DNA of 57,735 nt, taken from NCBI GenBank assembly GCA_038203255.1, contig JBBREE010000002.1, positions 1 to 57,735 of the forward strand. The letters run 5' to 3'. The number at the start of each line of letters is the position of its first letter. Position 1 is the first letter of the stretch. Source of the DNA: Candidatus Moraniibacteriota bacterium. Lineage in GTDB: Bacteria > Patescibacteriota > Minisyncoccia > Moranbacterales > UBA2206. Below, piece by piece: positions 7,475 to 17,552 of the stretch. The position numbers and the translations under genes were made by a program. The notes below the pieces were generated by a model that was given only the letters and a program-made list of their open reading frames with translations, did not search any database and was not told where the DNA came from.

Positions 7475-10400
7475 ATGCCAAAATTTACTCACCTCCACGT
7501 TCACACTCACTATTCCCTTCTCGACGGTTTAGCTAAAATTGACGACATTCTTGACCGGGCTAAAGAGCTTGGGATGGATTCTTTAGCTATCACTGACCAC
7601 GGTGTGCTTTATGGCGCGGTGGAATTTTTCATTAAAGCTAAGGCGCGTGGGATTAAACCCATAATCGGTTGCGAAATGTATCTGACGGCCGGAGATTATA
7701 AAAGTAAAAACAACACCACAGAAGACCGCACGCGCTTTCATTTAATTTTACTCGCCAAAGATGAAAAGGGCTACAAAAATTTAATGAAGCTCATCTCTTT
7801 TGCTCATTTGGACGGTTTCTACTATAAACCGCGCATCAATAAAGAACTTCTACGTCAATATTCCGAAGGCCTCATTGGACTGAGCGCTTGCGTAGAAGGT
7901 GAAGTGCCTTCCGCTGCGGTGAAAATCGGACCGGCCAGAGCCGAGGAATTAGCCTTGGAATATCAAGAAATTTTTGGCAAAGGTAACTTCTATTTGGAAA
8001 TTCAACATCATCCCAATTTTCCCAATCAGGCCATTGCCAATGCCGAGCTCGTTAAGATTGCCAGGAAAAATAACATTCCGCTGGTGGCCACCAATGACAT
8101 CCACTACGTCAAAAAAGATGACAATGTCATCCAAGACATTTTGCTCTGCATTCAGACTAACCGCAAAGTAACGGAAGAAAACCGCATGAACCTAATGGAT
8201 TTCGAACTCTATCTCAAAAGCCCGGAAGAAATGGCCGAACATTTCAAAGATTTTCCGGAAGCCCTGGCTAATACCCAAGAGATTGTGGCTAAGTGTAATG
8301 TGGAAATTAAATTAGGAGAAACTCAACTGCCTCACTACGAAGTGCCGGAAGGGCACACCGCCGAAACATATCTGAGAGAATTAACAGAGAAAGGATTACA
8401 AAGAAGGTTTAATGGTAATGTCACCGAAGTCCACCGAGAAAGGATGGAATATGAATTTGATATCATTAGAAAAACCGGTTTCGCTTCCTACTTTCTCATT
8501 GTCCAGGATTTTGTTAACTGGGCTCGTTCGCAAGGAATTGTGGTGGGTCCCGGTCGCGGAAGCGCCGCCGGAAGTTTCGTGGGTTACCTAGTCGGCATCA
8601 CTGACATCGACCCGATCAAATACGATTTACTCTTCGAACGTTTTCTCAATCCGGAGCGCATTTCAATGCCGGATGTAGATATGGATTTTGCCGATGATCG
8701 GCGCGATGAAGTGCTGGGTTATGTGCGCGAGAAATATGGTGACGACCACGTGGCGCAAATCATCACATTCGGAACCATGGCGGCGCGCGCTGCCATTAGA
8801 GATGCCGGGCGAGCGCTTGGCATTCCTTATGATTTTTGTGACAAAACGGCCAAACTCATCCCTATGTTTTCTTCCATTCCTGATGCGCTGGAAAACGTCA
8901 AAGAATTTTCTGACATCAGGAACGGCAGTCCGGACGGACAAAAACTCATTGACTCAGCGGCGCGCTTGGAAGGTGTCTGCCGTCACGCTTCTATGCATGC
9001 TTGCGGAGTGGTCATCACTAAAGAACCGGTGGTGGAATATACTCCAATTCAACGCATCATCGGCAAAGAATCAGGCATGGTGACACAATATTCCTCTTCT
9101 ACCAAATCCAGCTTCATCGAAAAAATTGGTCTTCTTAAAATGGACTTTTTGGGATTGAAAAATCTCACCATCATTCAAAATACTTTCCGTTTGGTAAAAC
9201 AAAATAGAAATATCGATTTAACTGTGGACGACATTCCGGAAGATGACAAAAAAACTTATAAACTCCTGCAAAAAGCCCAAACAACCGGCGTCTTTCAATT
9301 GGAAAGTTCCGGGATGAAAAGATATTTAAAGATGTTAAAACCCAATGTTTTTGAAGACATCATTGCTATGGTGGCGCTCTACCGCCCAGGCCCAATGGAT
9401 TGGATTCCGGACTTTATTGCGCGGAAACACGGTGAACGCCGTATTGAATATCTTCATCCATTTCTAAAACCGCTTTTGGAAAAAACTTACGGCGTCGTGG
9501 TCTATCAAGAACAAGTGATGCAAATCGCCCAGGCCTTAGCCGGTTTCACTTTGGGAGAAGCTGATGTGCTCCGAAAAGCGATGGGGAAAAAAGTGTTCGC
9601 TCTCATTCAAGAACAAAAAGTTAAATTCATCGACGGATGCATCAAACAAAACATTTCCGGCGCAGTAGCAGAAAAAGTTTTCTCCTACATCGAACCGTTT
9701 GCCGGTTATGGTTTCAATCGGAGCCACGCGGCGTGTTATGCGATGGTCGGCTATCAAACGGCTTACCTTAAAGCTCACTTCCCGGCTGAATTTATGGCCG
9801 CCCTTCTCACTTCTGACCAGGACAACATCGAACGCGTAGCCATTGAAGTGGCTGAGTGTCGCGAGATGGGCATTGAGGTTTTGCCACCTGACATCAATGA
9901 AAGTTTTGAAGAGTTTGCAGTGATTGATGACCCAAAAACAAAAACCACTAAGATTCGTTTCGGTTTAAATGCTGTGAAAAATGTCGGCCACACCGTCGCC
10001 CATGAAATTGTGGAAGAAAGAAAACGCGGAGGAAAATTCGAAAGTTTCACCGCATTCATCGAACGTGTGCGTCATAAAGATTTAAACAAAAAATCCATCG
10101 AGGCTTTGGCGAAAGTGGGTGCCATCGATGAATTCGCCGAAAGAAATTCCGTCATTGCTTCCATTGAAAATATCATCGCTCACTCCAAAAACGTGGAGCG
10201 TTTGGCCGGATCCAACCAAGGCAGTCTTTTCAGTTTGGAAGAAGTCAAGATGCCGGAAATTAAACTGACTGAAACGGCGCCGGCCGAAAAAAAGGATCGC
10301 CTCACTTGGGAAAAAGAACTTCTAGGACTCTACATCAGCGACCACCCGGTCAGAGAATACGTCGAATATTTTGGAAAAGTGGCACTCCCGATTAGAAACA

Positions 10401-11029
10401 TCGCGCTGGAACACGTGGGGCAAAACATTTCCATTGGTGGCGTAGTAGCCAGGCTGAAAAAGATTTATCTTAAAACGCAAAAAGCGATGATGTTTGTCAC
10501 CATTGAAGATATGGATGCCAACATTGAAGTTCTCGTTTTCCCAAAAATTCTAGAAACGACCGAAAACATTTGGAAAGAAGACACTATTGTTTTAGCCTCA
10601 GGAAAACTTTCCAATAAAGACGGCGAATTCAAACTCCTAGCCGACTCCGTCAAAGTAGTGACGCCCGGCGAACTGCAAAATTTCTCCCGCATCCTCCACA
10701 CGCAAGTCGCCAACGGCCACACTCCCCGCGCCGCCTATGAAGTCTCCAAGCCCCCTGTCAAAGAAGGCGAAGCCGGCGAAGAAAAAGATGCGCCGACTTC
10801 CGAATCCAAACCCAAAATCACCATCTCCCTCCCCACCGCCTTCAGTCAAGACACCTTAAAACAACTCTCCACCATTTTCGATCGCTGTGACCTCGGTTCT
10901 ACCAAAGTATATTTAAACATCGGCGGCAAAAAAATCGAAACCCCCTATTGCGTCAAAACTGTCGACGGCTTGGAACAAAAAATTCAAGACGTTATTGGGG
11001 ATGGAAAAGTTTACATCACAAAGCCTTAA
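7475..11029 (+). CDS. dnaE: DNA polymerase III alpha subunit
   Basis: 1184 aa; N-terminal PHP domain FTHLHVHTHYSLLDG; polymerase core PDVDMDF; C-terminal OB region. Confidence 0.95.
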   Translation: MPKFTHLHVHTHYSLLDGLAKIDDILDRAKELGMDSLAITDHGVLYGAVEFFIKAKARGIKPIIGCEMYLTAGDYKSKNNTTEDRTRFHLILLAKDEKGYKNLMKLISFAHLDGFYYKPRINKELLRQYSEGLIGLSACVEGEVPSAAVKIGPARAEELALEYQEIFGKGNFYLEIQHHPNFPNQAIANAELVKIARKNNIPLVATNDIHYVKKDDNVIQDILLCIQTNRKVTEENRMNLMDFELYLKSPEEMAEHFKDFPEALANTQEIVAKCNVEIKLGETQLPHYEVPEGHTAETYLRELTEKGLQRRFNGNVTEVHRERMEYEFDIIRKTGFASYFLIVQDFVNWARSQGIVVGPGRGSAAGSFVGYLVGITDIDPIKYDLLFERFLNPERISMPDVDMDFADDRRDEVLGYVREKYGDDHVAQIITFGTMAARAAIRDAGRALGIPYDFCDKTAKLIPMFSSIPDALENVKEFSDIRNGSPDGQKLIDSAARLEGVCRHASMHACGVVITKEPVVEYTPIQRIIGKESGMVTQYSSSTKSSFIEKIGLLKMDFLGLKNLTIIQNTFRLVKQNRNIDLTVDDIPEDDKKTYKLLQKAQTTGVFQLESSGMKRYLKMLKPNVFEDIIAMVALYRPGPMDWIPDFIARKHGERRIEYLHPFLKPLLEKTYGVVVYQEQVMQIAQALAGFTLGEADVLRKAMGKKVFALIQEQKVKFIDGCIKQNISGAVAEKVFSYIEPFAGYGFNRSHAACYAMVGYQTAYLKAHFPAEFMAALLTSDQDNIERVAIEVAECREMGIEVLPPDINESFEEFAVIDDPKTKTTKIRFGLNAVKNVGHTVAHEIVEERKRGGKFESFTAFIERVRHKDLNKKSIEALAKVGAIDEFAERNSVIASIENIIAHSKNVERLAGSNQGSLFSLEEVKMPEIKLTETAPAEKKDRLTWEKELLGLYISDHPVREYVEYFGKVALPIRNIALEHVGQNISIGGVVARLKKIYLKTQKAMMFVTIEDMDANIEVLVFPKILETTENIWKEDTIVLASGKLSNKDGEFKLLADSVKVVTPGELQNFSRILHTQVANGHTPRAAYEVSKPPVKEGEAGEEKDAPTSESKPKITISLPTAFSQDTLKQLSTIFDRCDLGSTKVYLNIGGKKIETPYCVKTVDGLEQKIQDVIGDGKVYITKP

Positions 11030-11567
11030 TCTCTCTCCTCGCTTTCTTATACTCCGGGTATTCTCGGGAAACTAAATCCCAAAATTTTTGCGAATGATTA
11101 AATTGTCCCAAATGGCACAGCTCGTGGACTATTATGTAGTCGCAAAGTTTTTCCGGCAGATAGATGATGCGATAACTGAAATTTAGATTTCCTGCCATGG
11201 AACAACTCCCCCAGCGAGTCTTAGTGTTTCTTATCGCCACTTTTTTCCAAGTGAAACCATAGCCTAAATTGAAATGTTTCAGTTTTTTTTCGGCAATCTC
11301 GCGCGCCAATTCCTTATATTTCAAATAGTCTTCCCGCGTGGCCTTAGGCATAGCGCTCACTTTTTTTTCAAAACGTGTCAGATGCTCCAAAATCCAGGGC
11401 GCTTTTTCCAGCACAAAATTCTCCACTTGTCTTTGGCTGACGTAAGGTGGCACACTCACTTTCACACTGGCATCAGCGGAAACAGAAAGTCGCATATGCC
11501 GCGCTCTGCGAGTTTTTTTCAGAGTATAAATTATCTTCTTTTCTCCCAAGAGGATTTCTTTTTCCAT
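11016..11567 (-). CDS. DUF45/YgjP-like (WLM-type) zinc metallohydrolase
   Basis: 183 aa; HELCHL zinc motif followed by NHSQKFW; the 3' ends of this gene and dnaE overlap convergently by 14 nt. Confidence 0.75.
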   Translation of the reverse strand: MEKEILLGEKKIIYTLKKTRRARHMRLSVSADASVKVSVPPYVSQRQVENFVLEKAPWILEHLTRFEKKVSAMPKATREDYLKYKELAREIAEKKLKHFNLGYGFTWKKVAIRNTKTRWGSCSMAGNLNFSYRIIYLPEKLCDYIIVHELCHLGQFNHSQKFWDLVSREYPEYKKARREIKAL

Positions 11568-11641
11568 TCAAATTATCCTAAAGCTTTCTCAAAGCCGAGC
11601 TTTGAAAATACAAAGCTCGGCTTTAGAAGGATTAGGAAGGA

Positions 11642-11839
11642 TTAAATTCCATAAGCCGAAGACATTGTTTTCACAAACCATGGCAAAATAAAGGCCAAGG
11701 CGATGAGTGGCAAAACAACTGTTGCCACAGTAATAATGAGTGTCCAAAGAAAATATTTCCTGGCCTTTTCTACGCTAACGTAGATATCATCCATTCGCTT
11801 ATTTAGAGCGTCAAATTGCGCTTGAGTTTCTTGATCCAT
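11642..11839 (-). CDS. small membrane protein, hypothetical
   Basis: 65 aa with one hydrophobic span, LWTLIITVATVVLPLIALAFILPWF. Confidence 0.5.
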   Translation of the reverse strand: MDQETQAQFDALNKRMDDIYVSVEKARKYFLWTLIITVATVVLPLIALAFILPWFVKTMSSAYGI

Positions 11840-11844
11840 AATAT

Positions 11845-12660
11845 TTATTTTATTTCAAAATTTACCGCCATGTCAATTATGATGTCTTGCGTGCCGGAAG
11901 AAATGGAAGGAGATGAAACGGCTTTTGGCATTGCTAAAGTTCCCCCGCCATATCCTTGCGAAGAATCAGTTGCGCCATAAGGAGTCGGTCCGCCATTTGG
12001 TGCGTCCTCATACCAGCTCAAGACTTTCCCAAGATTTTTGATACCAGCAGCCGAAGCCAAGGCTGAAGCTTTCCCTCTAGCGTCAGTAATGGCCGCAATG
12101 CGAGCCTTTTGCTGAAGGTCGCTGGGATTTTCCACGTAATAATTCACGCCCTGCACCGAATTGGTTCCGTTGTCACCTGCGACCGCTACAATTTTATTCA
12201 CCAAATCGGCATTCTTATCCACCCCTTCAGCTTTGATGTCCAAATTTTGGCTGGCATTGTAACCGGAAACGGAAGAAACTCCATTCTTATAATCATAAGC
12301 CGGAGACAAATTATAACTTTCGGTCTTGATGTTCGCCGAACTCACGCCCAACGCAGTTACGGCGTCCGTGATTTTTTTGATTTTATCATTCATTTGCGTC
12401 AAAGCCTCTGTGGCGCTTTTTGCTTTATCCACCTGCACACCCAAAGTGACTGTGGCAGTGTCAGGCACATATTCAACTTTCCCTTCCCCATAAACCGTGA
12501 TTTGGTTTTGCGTCGGATTAACTAGGCGTTCACGTAAAATAGAAACAATGACTATAATTGTAATTAATATCATTCCGAAAGCTATAAATCCCATCCTATA
12601 TCTCCTCCAATGATTTTGACAAGCATTTTTACCTGTAGCTTCGGTTGGCATATTTTCCAT
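11845..12660 (-). CDS. SIMPL/DUF541 (BP26-like) periplasmic protein with N-terminal anchor
   Basis: 271 aa; TM segment, then ITVYGEGKVEYVPDTATVTLGV, typical of the SIMPL family. Confidence 0.7.
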   Translation of the reverse strand: MENMPTEATGKNACQNHWRRYRMGFIAFGMILITIIVIVSILRERLVNPTQNQITVYGEGKVEYVPDTATVTLGVQVDKAKSATEALTQMNDKIKKITDAVTALGVSSANIKTESYNLSPAYDYKNGVSSVSGYNASQNLDIKAEGVDKNADLVNKIVAVAGDNGTNSVQGVNYYVENPSDLQQKARIAAITDARGKASALASAAGIKNLGKVLSWYEDAPNGGPTPYGATDSSQGYGGGTLAMPKAVSSPSISSGTQDIIIDMAVNFEIK

Positions 12661-12717
12661 AGCTTTTTAATTTAAGAATTAATTATACATACAACTCAAC
12701 TCTCTCTATTATATCAC

Positions 12718-12751
12718 AAAAAAAAGACCCCAGCTTACACCAGGGTCTTTT
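12718..12751 (-). terminator. rho-independent terminator after hup
   Basis: AAAGACCC-12 nt-GGGTCTTT stem with a T-run on the minus strand. Confidence 0.6.
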
Positions 12752-12775
12752 AGAACTATTGCTTTTTGATTGAGA

Positions 12776-13057
12776 TTATAAAACTGCTTCCTTTGCCATC
12801 TTAGACAAACGAAATTTAGCTACAGTTTTTGCAGCAATTTGGATTTTTTCTCCAGTGGCAGGATTAACTCCAGCGCGAGCTTTTCGGTGCACTTTCACCA
12901 ATTTTCCAAAACCAGGAAGAACGAATTCTCCATTCTTCTTTACTTCTGAGTACGCCATTTCTGTTAGCGCGTCCATGAATGCTACTACCTCTTTTTTAGC
13001 CAGACCGGTTTTCTCGGCCATTGCGCTCATGATCTGAGCTTTTGTCATTTTTGCCAT
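12776..13057 (-). CDS. hup: HU family DNA-binding protein
   Basis: 93 aa; GFGKLVKVHRKARAGVNPATGEKIQIAAKTVAKFRLSK is the HU arm signature. Confidence 0.9.
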   Translation of the reverse strand: MAKMTKAQIMSAMAEKTGLAKKEVVAFMDALTEMAYSEVKKNGEFVLPGFGKLVKVHRKARAGVNPATGEKIQIAAKTVAKFRLSKMAKEAVL

Positions 13058-13153
13058 TTCTTTTTGTCCCGCCGAAGCGAGATTAAATTAAATTAATTAT
13101 ACCTGCCTATACCCCAGTATTATAGGGGTTTTCTAAAAATCGCGCAACACCCA

Positions 13154-14095
13154 CTAAATTATCGTTTCAGAAGGAGGGTAATTCGCCGAAAAATTCGCCT
13201 CATTTTCTCTTACTATTTCTGCAATTTCAGCATCCGCTCTTTGACGAAGATTATTCGGATCCATATTTTCTAAGATATCAATCATCAAAATTTCTTCCAG
13301 AGAATTAAAATTTGCCAGTTCCTTTTTTTTAGCCTCTAGGAGCCCTCGCGCTTCCCGGCCTGCATTATAGGGCCGGTCTTTACTGCCATTAGCTTCCACC
13401 TTGTCCGCGATGGCTAGAAAATCTCCCAGCCTCTTAATGTCAGTGTCATACTCTCGCCTTTCTCCTGTTCTTTTCTCATCTTCAACTGAAAAATCTTCTT
13501 TTCGCCTTTCTTCTTTTCTAGGATAGCTTTTTTCTTCCCCAATATTCTCATGATGATAAAGCATAATCCTTGCCACCCTCGTTTCTCCATTAGCCATCAA
13601 AAACTCGTGCCCGGCTCTGACGTGCCCTTGCATAATTTTACGCTCCTCCTCAGTGAGCTCCTTTCCCTTTTTATTTTCAAGCACGGCCTTCACTTCTTCA
13701 CTCGCTTTTCCTTCATCATGACACAAGGCTGCCACCAAAAGATCGCGCCTATCTTCCGCAGTGAATTTTATCTTGTCATTGTCCATTACAAATCTGAGAA
13801 GCTCAGCTACTCTAATCATATGTCTGACGTCCCGTTCTCCCATTTCGCCCCGCTTCTCTCGAAGTTCTTTGAAGACTGCTTGCACAGCCGGAGTTTTTTC
13901 AATAAGATTCATCACTTCAAGCGAAACTTCTCCTTCTTCCCAATAAGTATTATCCTCAGCTATTATCTTCTTCGACCCTCTCTCGGGAGCTTCTTTTAGG
14001 ACTCTCTCAAGCCAGGCTCTCATTTCCTGCTTAGAATCTTCCGTTTTTTTTATATTATTTCCTTCTGTCCATTCTCTTTCAAAAGAATTACTCAT
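13154..14095 (-). CDS. HD-domain phosphohydrolase (degenerate HD-GYP-like)
   Basis: 313 aa; ALCHDEGK (HD) and MLYHHENIGEEKSYP resembling HHExxDGxGYP. Confidence 0.55.
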   Translation of the reverse strand: MSNSFEREWTEGNNIKKTEDSKQEMRAWLERVLKEAPERGSKKIIAEDNTYWEEGEVSLEVMNLIEKTPAVQAVFKELREKRGEMGERDVRHMIRVAELLRFVMDNDKIKFTAEDRRDLLVAALCHDEGKASEEVKAVLENKKGKELTEEERKIMQGHVRAGHEFLMANGETRVARIMLYHHENIGEEKSYPRKEERRKEDFSVEDEKRTGERREYDTDIKRLGDFLAIADKVEANGSKDRPYNAGREARGLLEAKKKELANFNSLEEILMIDILENMDPNNLRQRADAEIAEIVRENEANFSANYPPSETII

Positions 14096-14197
14096 ATTTT
14101 TTTATTCCTTCTGATAAAATTAACTACCCTCATTATACCCCTTTTGGCATAGAATAAAAGACCGCATCAAAATCCACAATTTTTCCATAATGTTTTT

Positions 14198-15799
14198 TCA
14201 CCCATCCCTCCTCATCTTCGCCAAAATCAATCTAATTTTTTCATAACTGATACTCTCCGGCAGATTTTCTTTGATGGGTTTTAGTCTGCCCCGTCCAACT
14301 TTGGCAATAACAGAGTGAATTTGCTCTTGCTCTTCCTCAGAAACTAATTTTTTGATATCCACTTCTCCGCCGGCTGTGTACCAATCAATGAGATGACCCA
14401 AGATTGTGTTTTCTCCTAGCGAGCGAATCTTGGCAATTTCCCCAGGCGCATAACCTTCGCCAGAAAGACGCACTGTTTCTTTAATCGTGGTGCCAACCAA
14501 CTGCTTTTTTGAACGCGCACTACTCTGCGGACTTTCACTTTTGCTTACATCTTTTTTCCAGCCTAAACACACATCGCACCCGCGACAATTGCGCTTTTCT
14601 TTTTTCGCTTCCGGATCATTGAAATATTCCAAAATCATCTGACGACGGCAATTTTGGCTGGAAACATAAGCCGTAATCTTAGCCAATTTTTGATATTTAA
14701 TTTCCAAAATCTCCCCGGCTTCATCCCAACTCTTTCCTTGATTCATAATGAGATTACGGTCACTGCGCAAGAAAAAATTATGCGCCGTGGCGTCTTTTTT
14801 ACTGTGGAGCAAAATGCAGTAAGCCGCATCGCCGTCCCGCCCGGCGCGCCCAGCTTCTTGATAATAACCCTCCAAACTCCCCGGCATCCCCGAGTGGATG
14901 ACGAACCTCACATCCGCCTTGTCCACACCCATACCAAATGCCACCGTAGCTACAATCACTTTAAAACGATTCTCCATAAAGTCTTCCTGAATCTTAGTTC
15001 TTCTAACTCCCGGCAAACCGGCGTGATAGGCAACGGCAGAAAAACCACTTTCACTCAAAAAACCAGCCAGAAATTCCGCTTCTTTGCGCGAAAGTGTGTA
15101 GACAATCCCTGAGCCATCAATGGACCGAATGATGCGTAAAATTTCCAAATATCTAGCCTTAGGTTTCAAATCTTTTTGCACAAAAAATTTCAAATTTGGT
15201 CGATCAAATCCGCGGATAAAAACCGCGGGGTTCGCCAAGCCTAATCTTTCGATGATGTCACTTTTCACTTCTGGTGTAGCGGTCGCAGTAAAAGCGGCCA
15301 CAATCGGACGATGTTTTAATTTGTCCAGATGATATTTAATATTCAAATATTCCGGCCGGAAATCATGCCCCCACTGCGAAACACAATGTGCCTCGTCCAC
15401 TGCCAAAAAACTCACCGGAAGCTCCGCAAAAAGACGGGAAAACGCTTGATTGGCCAAGCGCTCCGGCGCGACATAGAGAATTTTAATGCTTCCTTTTTTG
15501 ATTTGGGAAATTATTCTTTCGGCTTCATGCGCTTCAAGCGTGCTGTTGAGAGCTGCCGCCGGAATGCCACGCGCCCTTAAGGCGTCCACCTGATCTTTCA
15601 TAAGAGCAATTAGAGGTGAAATGACAACAGTGAGGCCAGGCAGTGTCACAGCCGGCAGTTGATAGCAAAGTGACTTTCCTCCGCCGGTGGGCATCAAAGC
15701 CACGGTGTCACGCCCCGAAACAATCGCCTCAACAATTTCACGCTGACCCGGACGAAATTCCCGAAAACTGAAATATTTTTGCAAATTTTTTTCTAGCAT
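14198..15799 (-). CDS. recQ: RecQ-family ATP-dependent DNA helicase (short form; Zn-binding and C-terminal HTH, no obvious HRDC)
   Basis: 533 aa; FREFRPGQREIV, MPTGGGKSLCYQLP, DEAHCVSQWGHDFRPEY, CRGCDVC. Confidence 0.9.
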   Translation of the reverse strand: MLEKNLQKYFSFREFRPGQREIVEAIVSGRDTVALMPTGGGKSLCYQLPAVTLPGLTVVISPLIALMKDQVDALRARGIPAAALNSTLEAHEAERIISQIKKGSIKILYVAPERLANQAFSRLFAELPVSFLAVDEAHCVSQWGHDFRPEYLNIKYHLDKLKHRPIVAAFTATATPEVKSDIIERLGLANPAVFIRGFDRPNLKFFVQKDLKPKARYLEILRIIRSIDGSGIVYTLSRKEAEFLAGFLSESGFSAVAYHAGLPGVRRTKIQEDFMENRFKVIVATVAFGMGVDKADVRFVIHSGMPGSLEGYYQEAGRAGRDGDAAYCILLHSKKDATAHNFFLRSDRNLIMNQGKSWDEAGEILEIKYQKLAKITAYVSSQNCRRQMILEYFNDPEAKKEKRNCRGCDVCLGWKKDVSKSESPQSSARSKKQLVGTTIKETVRLSGEGYAPGEIAKIRSLGENTILGHLIDWYTAGGEVDIKKLVSEEEQEQIHSVIAKVGRGRLKPIKENLPESISYEKIRLILAKMRRDG

Positions 15800-15812
15800 G
15801 TTTTAAATCACA

Positions 15813-15844
15813 AGCGGACAGCTCTCAAAAGAAAACTGTCCGCT
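15813..15844 (-). terminator. hairpin after the PUR-like gene
   Basis: AGCGGACAG-14 nt-CTGTCCGCT, a 9-bp stem. Confidence 0.45.
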
Positions 15845-15854
15845 AATCTAAATC

Positions 15855-16130
15855 TTATTGAAAATATTCTTTCATCCCTAGTAAAGTGTTCCCAAAATCG
15901 GCGAATTGATCTTTGAAAAGCAGGATGCGGTTAATCACCTTTTTGTTTTCTTTGTCCATATACGACTCGGCGATACTCAGGTAATTATCGCCTTTGGAAG
16001 TTTTTTTGACATCGAAAAAGTAAGTCTTCTTCCCTGCTCGAAGCATTTGGGAGTGCACTTTTTCTTGCACGTTTTGTTGTATGACCATTTTTGTTTGATG
16101 CGTCCGCCACCTATACAATTCCTCACGCAC
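15855..16130 (-). CDS. PUR-alpha-like nucleic-acid-binding protein (DUF3276 type)
   Basis: LRAGKKTYFFDVKKTSKGDNYLSIAESY matches the PUR repeat / DUF3276 core as I recall it. The track start is GTG at 16130; the ATG at 16088 (MVIQQNV..) is the more likely start. Confidence 0.65.
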   Translation of the reverse strand: MREELYRWRTHQTKMVIQQNVQEKVHSQMLRAGKKTYFFDVKKTSKGDNYLSIAESYMDKENKKVINRILLFKDQFADFGNTLLGMKEYFQ

Positions 16131-16194
16131 TCTCCTAGAGTGACATTCGCAAGTTAATTATTAGCGCGACGGGAAACCGGTTTTCCTCGCAGTG

Positions 16195-16224
16195 ATATTC
16201 TACCATCCACACGCTATCACTGTC
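16195..16224 (-). promoter_or_regulatory. sigma70-like promoter TTGACA-N18-TAGAAT for the PUR-like gene
   Basis: Read on the minus strand: ttgacagtgatagcgtgtggatggtagaat. It is followed by the 5' UTR hairpin GCGAGGAAAACCGGTTTCCCGTCGC. Confidence 0.55.
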
Positions 16225-16256
16225 AACTACCCTCCTGTGGATAACTCCTCAAAAAA

Positions 16257-16544
16257 TTAGTTAGTCGGATTTTTAGGTGCTCGACAAGCGCTGATCAGGC
16301 AAATGTTTTTAAAAGTAAAAGTCTTTCCACCTTCACCTTCTTTAGTGTTTTCGGTGACGCCAAAAGAATAGGTTTTCCCCACTTCCACGCCCAATTTTTC
16401 AAAATCCACCTGCGCTCGACTCGGCTGACCGTCTTTTTTAGTTTGAAAGAAGGAATAGGAATTGCCCCCGGCTTTAATGGCCACTCGGCCGTTTTCCGCT
16501 TTAAGGTCTTCCACTGTCAGATCCATAAAATTGATGTCGCTCAT
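16257..16544 (-). CDS. hypothetical protein (95 aa)
   Basis: ORF only, with its own extended -10 promoter (TGcTAAAAT) upstream. No motif recognised. Confidence 0.5.
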   Translation of the reverse strand: MSDINFMDLTVEDLKAENGRVAIKAGGNSYSFFQTKKDGQPSRAQVDFEKLGVEVGKTYSFGVTENTKEGEGGKTFTFKNICLISACRAPKNPTN

Positions 16545-16612
16545 ATTTTTTTGTTCTTATTAATTTTTAAACCTTTTCCATTTTAGCACAGACGAAGAAA
16601 TTTTAGAAATAT

Positions 16613-16669
16613 GGAAAAATAAAACGGCAACTATGAGTTGTGTTGTGACACATTTCTCACAGTTGCCGT
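16613..16669 (-). terminator. rho-independent terminator after 16676..17386
   Basis: ACGGCAACT..AGTTGCCGT 9-bp stem, then TTTTATTTTT on the minus strand. Confidence 0.7.
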
Positions 16670-16675
16670 CTAAGC

Positions 16676-17386
16676 TTATGCGTTCAATTTCCACCTGGCC
16701 TCTCGAGTTTGCTGTTCCTCAAGCTGACGCTGAAGGCTTGCAATCGCCCTATGAGCATCCTCCTGATAGTCAAAGTTCTTCTCTTTGAAAAGTTCAATAG
16801 CCTCTATCAGGCTGGAGATATATTGCGAAGGACAATCCCCGCCGTCTCGAAAAAATTTCAACTCATAGAAAGCCTCTTTGATAAATAACCGCCCTTTATG
16901 GCCTATCATCTCGATGGCCCTTTCTATGAGCGATTGCCGTGAGATTATCGCCGTTTCATCCGGCAAAAGAACTGCGCAAATATTTTTTAGTAGCGCATCG
17001 AGATTAATCCACACCCTGTGATCAGCGAATAACTTTTTTACCATTTGATTGATAAAAAATTTTATCGCCGCGCGCTCCTCATCACCGGTTGATATGAATT
17101 TTTGGCGATATTTAGTATATGCGCCAAGATTGTAGAGCAAGCCGTATTCTGCTTTTTCAATTGCCATCGAAAATCCCTCGTTTTCCCCGGATATCACAAA
17201 GGAATAGAAACACTTTTTCACCGCAGTATATGAGAAGACTGCATAGACAATATTCCTTCTACCTGGCTCCGTCTCATCATAGAAGAAAGAACACCCATAT
17301 TTTTCATCCCCCACTATCACTTCCTCTGAAAAAATGCATGGCATTTTTTCAATGTCAAAAAAACAATTAAGTCCTATGCCTTTCAT
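16676..17386 (-). CDS. hypothetical protein (236 aa)
   Basis: ORF with its own promoter and terminator. No motif recognised. Confidence 0.55.
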   Translation of the reverse strand: MKGIGLNCFFDIEKMPCIFSEEVIVGDEKYGCSFFYDETEPGRRNIVYAVFSYTAVKKCFYSFVISGENEGFSMAIEKAEYGLLYNLGAYTKYRQKFISTGDEERAAIKFFINQMVKKLFADHRVWINLDALLKNICAVLLPDETAIISRQSLIERAIEMIGHKGRLFIKEAFYELKFFRDGGDCPSQYISSLIEAIELFKEKNFDYQEDAHRAIASLQRQLEEQQTREARWKLNA

Positions 17387-17498
17387 AACGGCCTCCTTTT
17401 CCCTTTATGGGGATTGTTTTTATAAACCTACAAAGCTGATTCAATTGGTAAAGATCGAAATTAGATAATAACATTAAACGAGGGCAAAAGTCAATGTG

Positions 17499-17536
17499 AA
17501 AAAATAAAAAACGGAGCATAATTTGTCTATGCTCCG
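17499..17536 (-). terminator. rho-independent terminator after 17553..19004
   Basis: CGGAGCATA-7 nt-TATGCTCCG, then TTTTTTATTTTTT on the minus strand. Confidence 0.75.
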
Positions 17537-17552
17537 CACAACTTTTCCCCTC

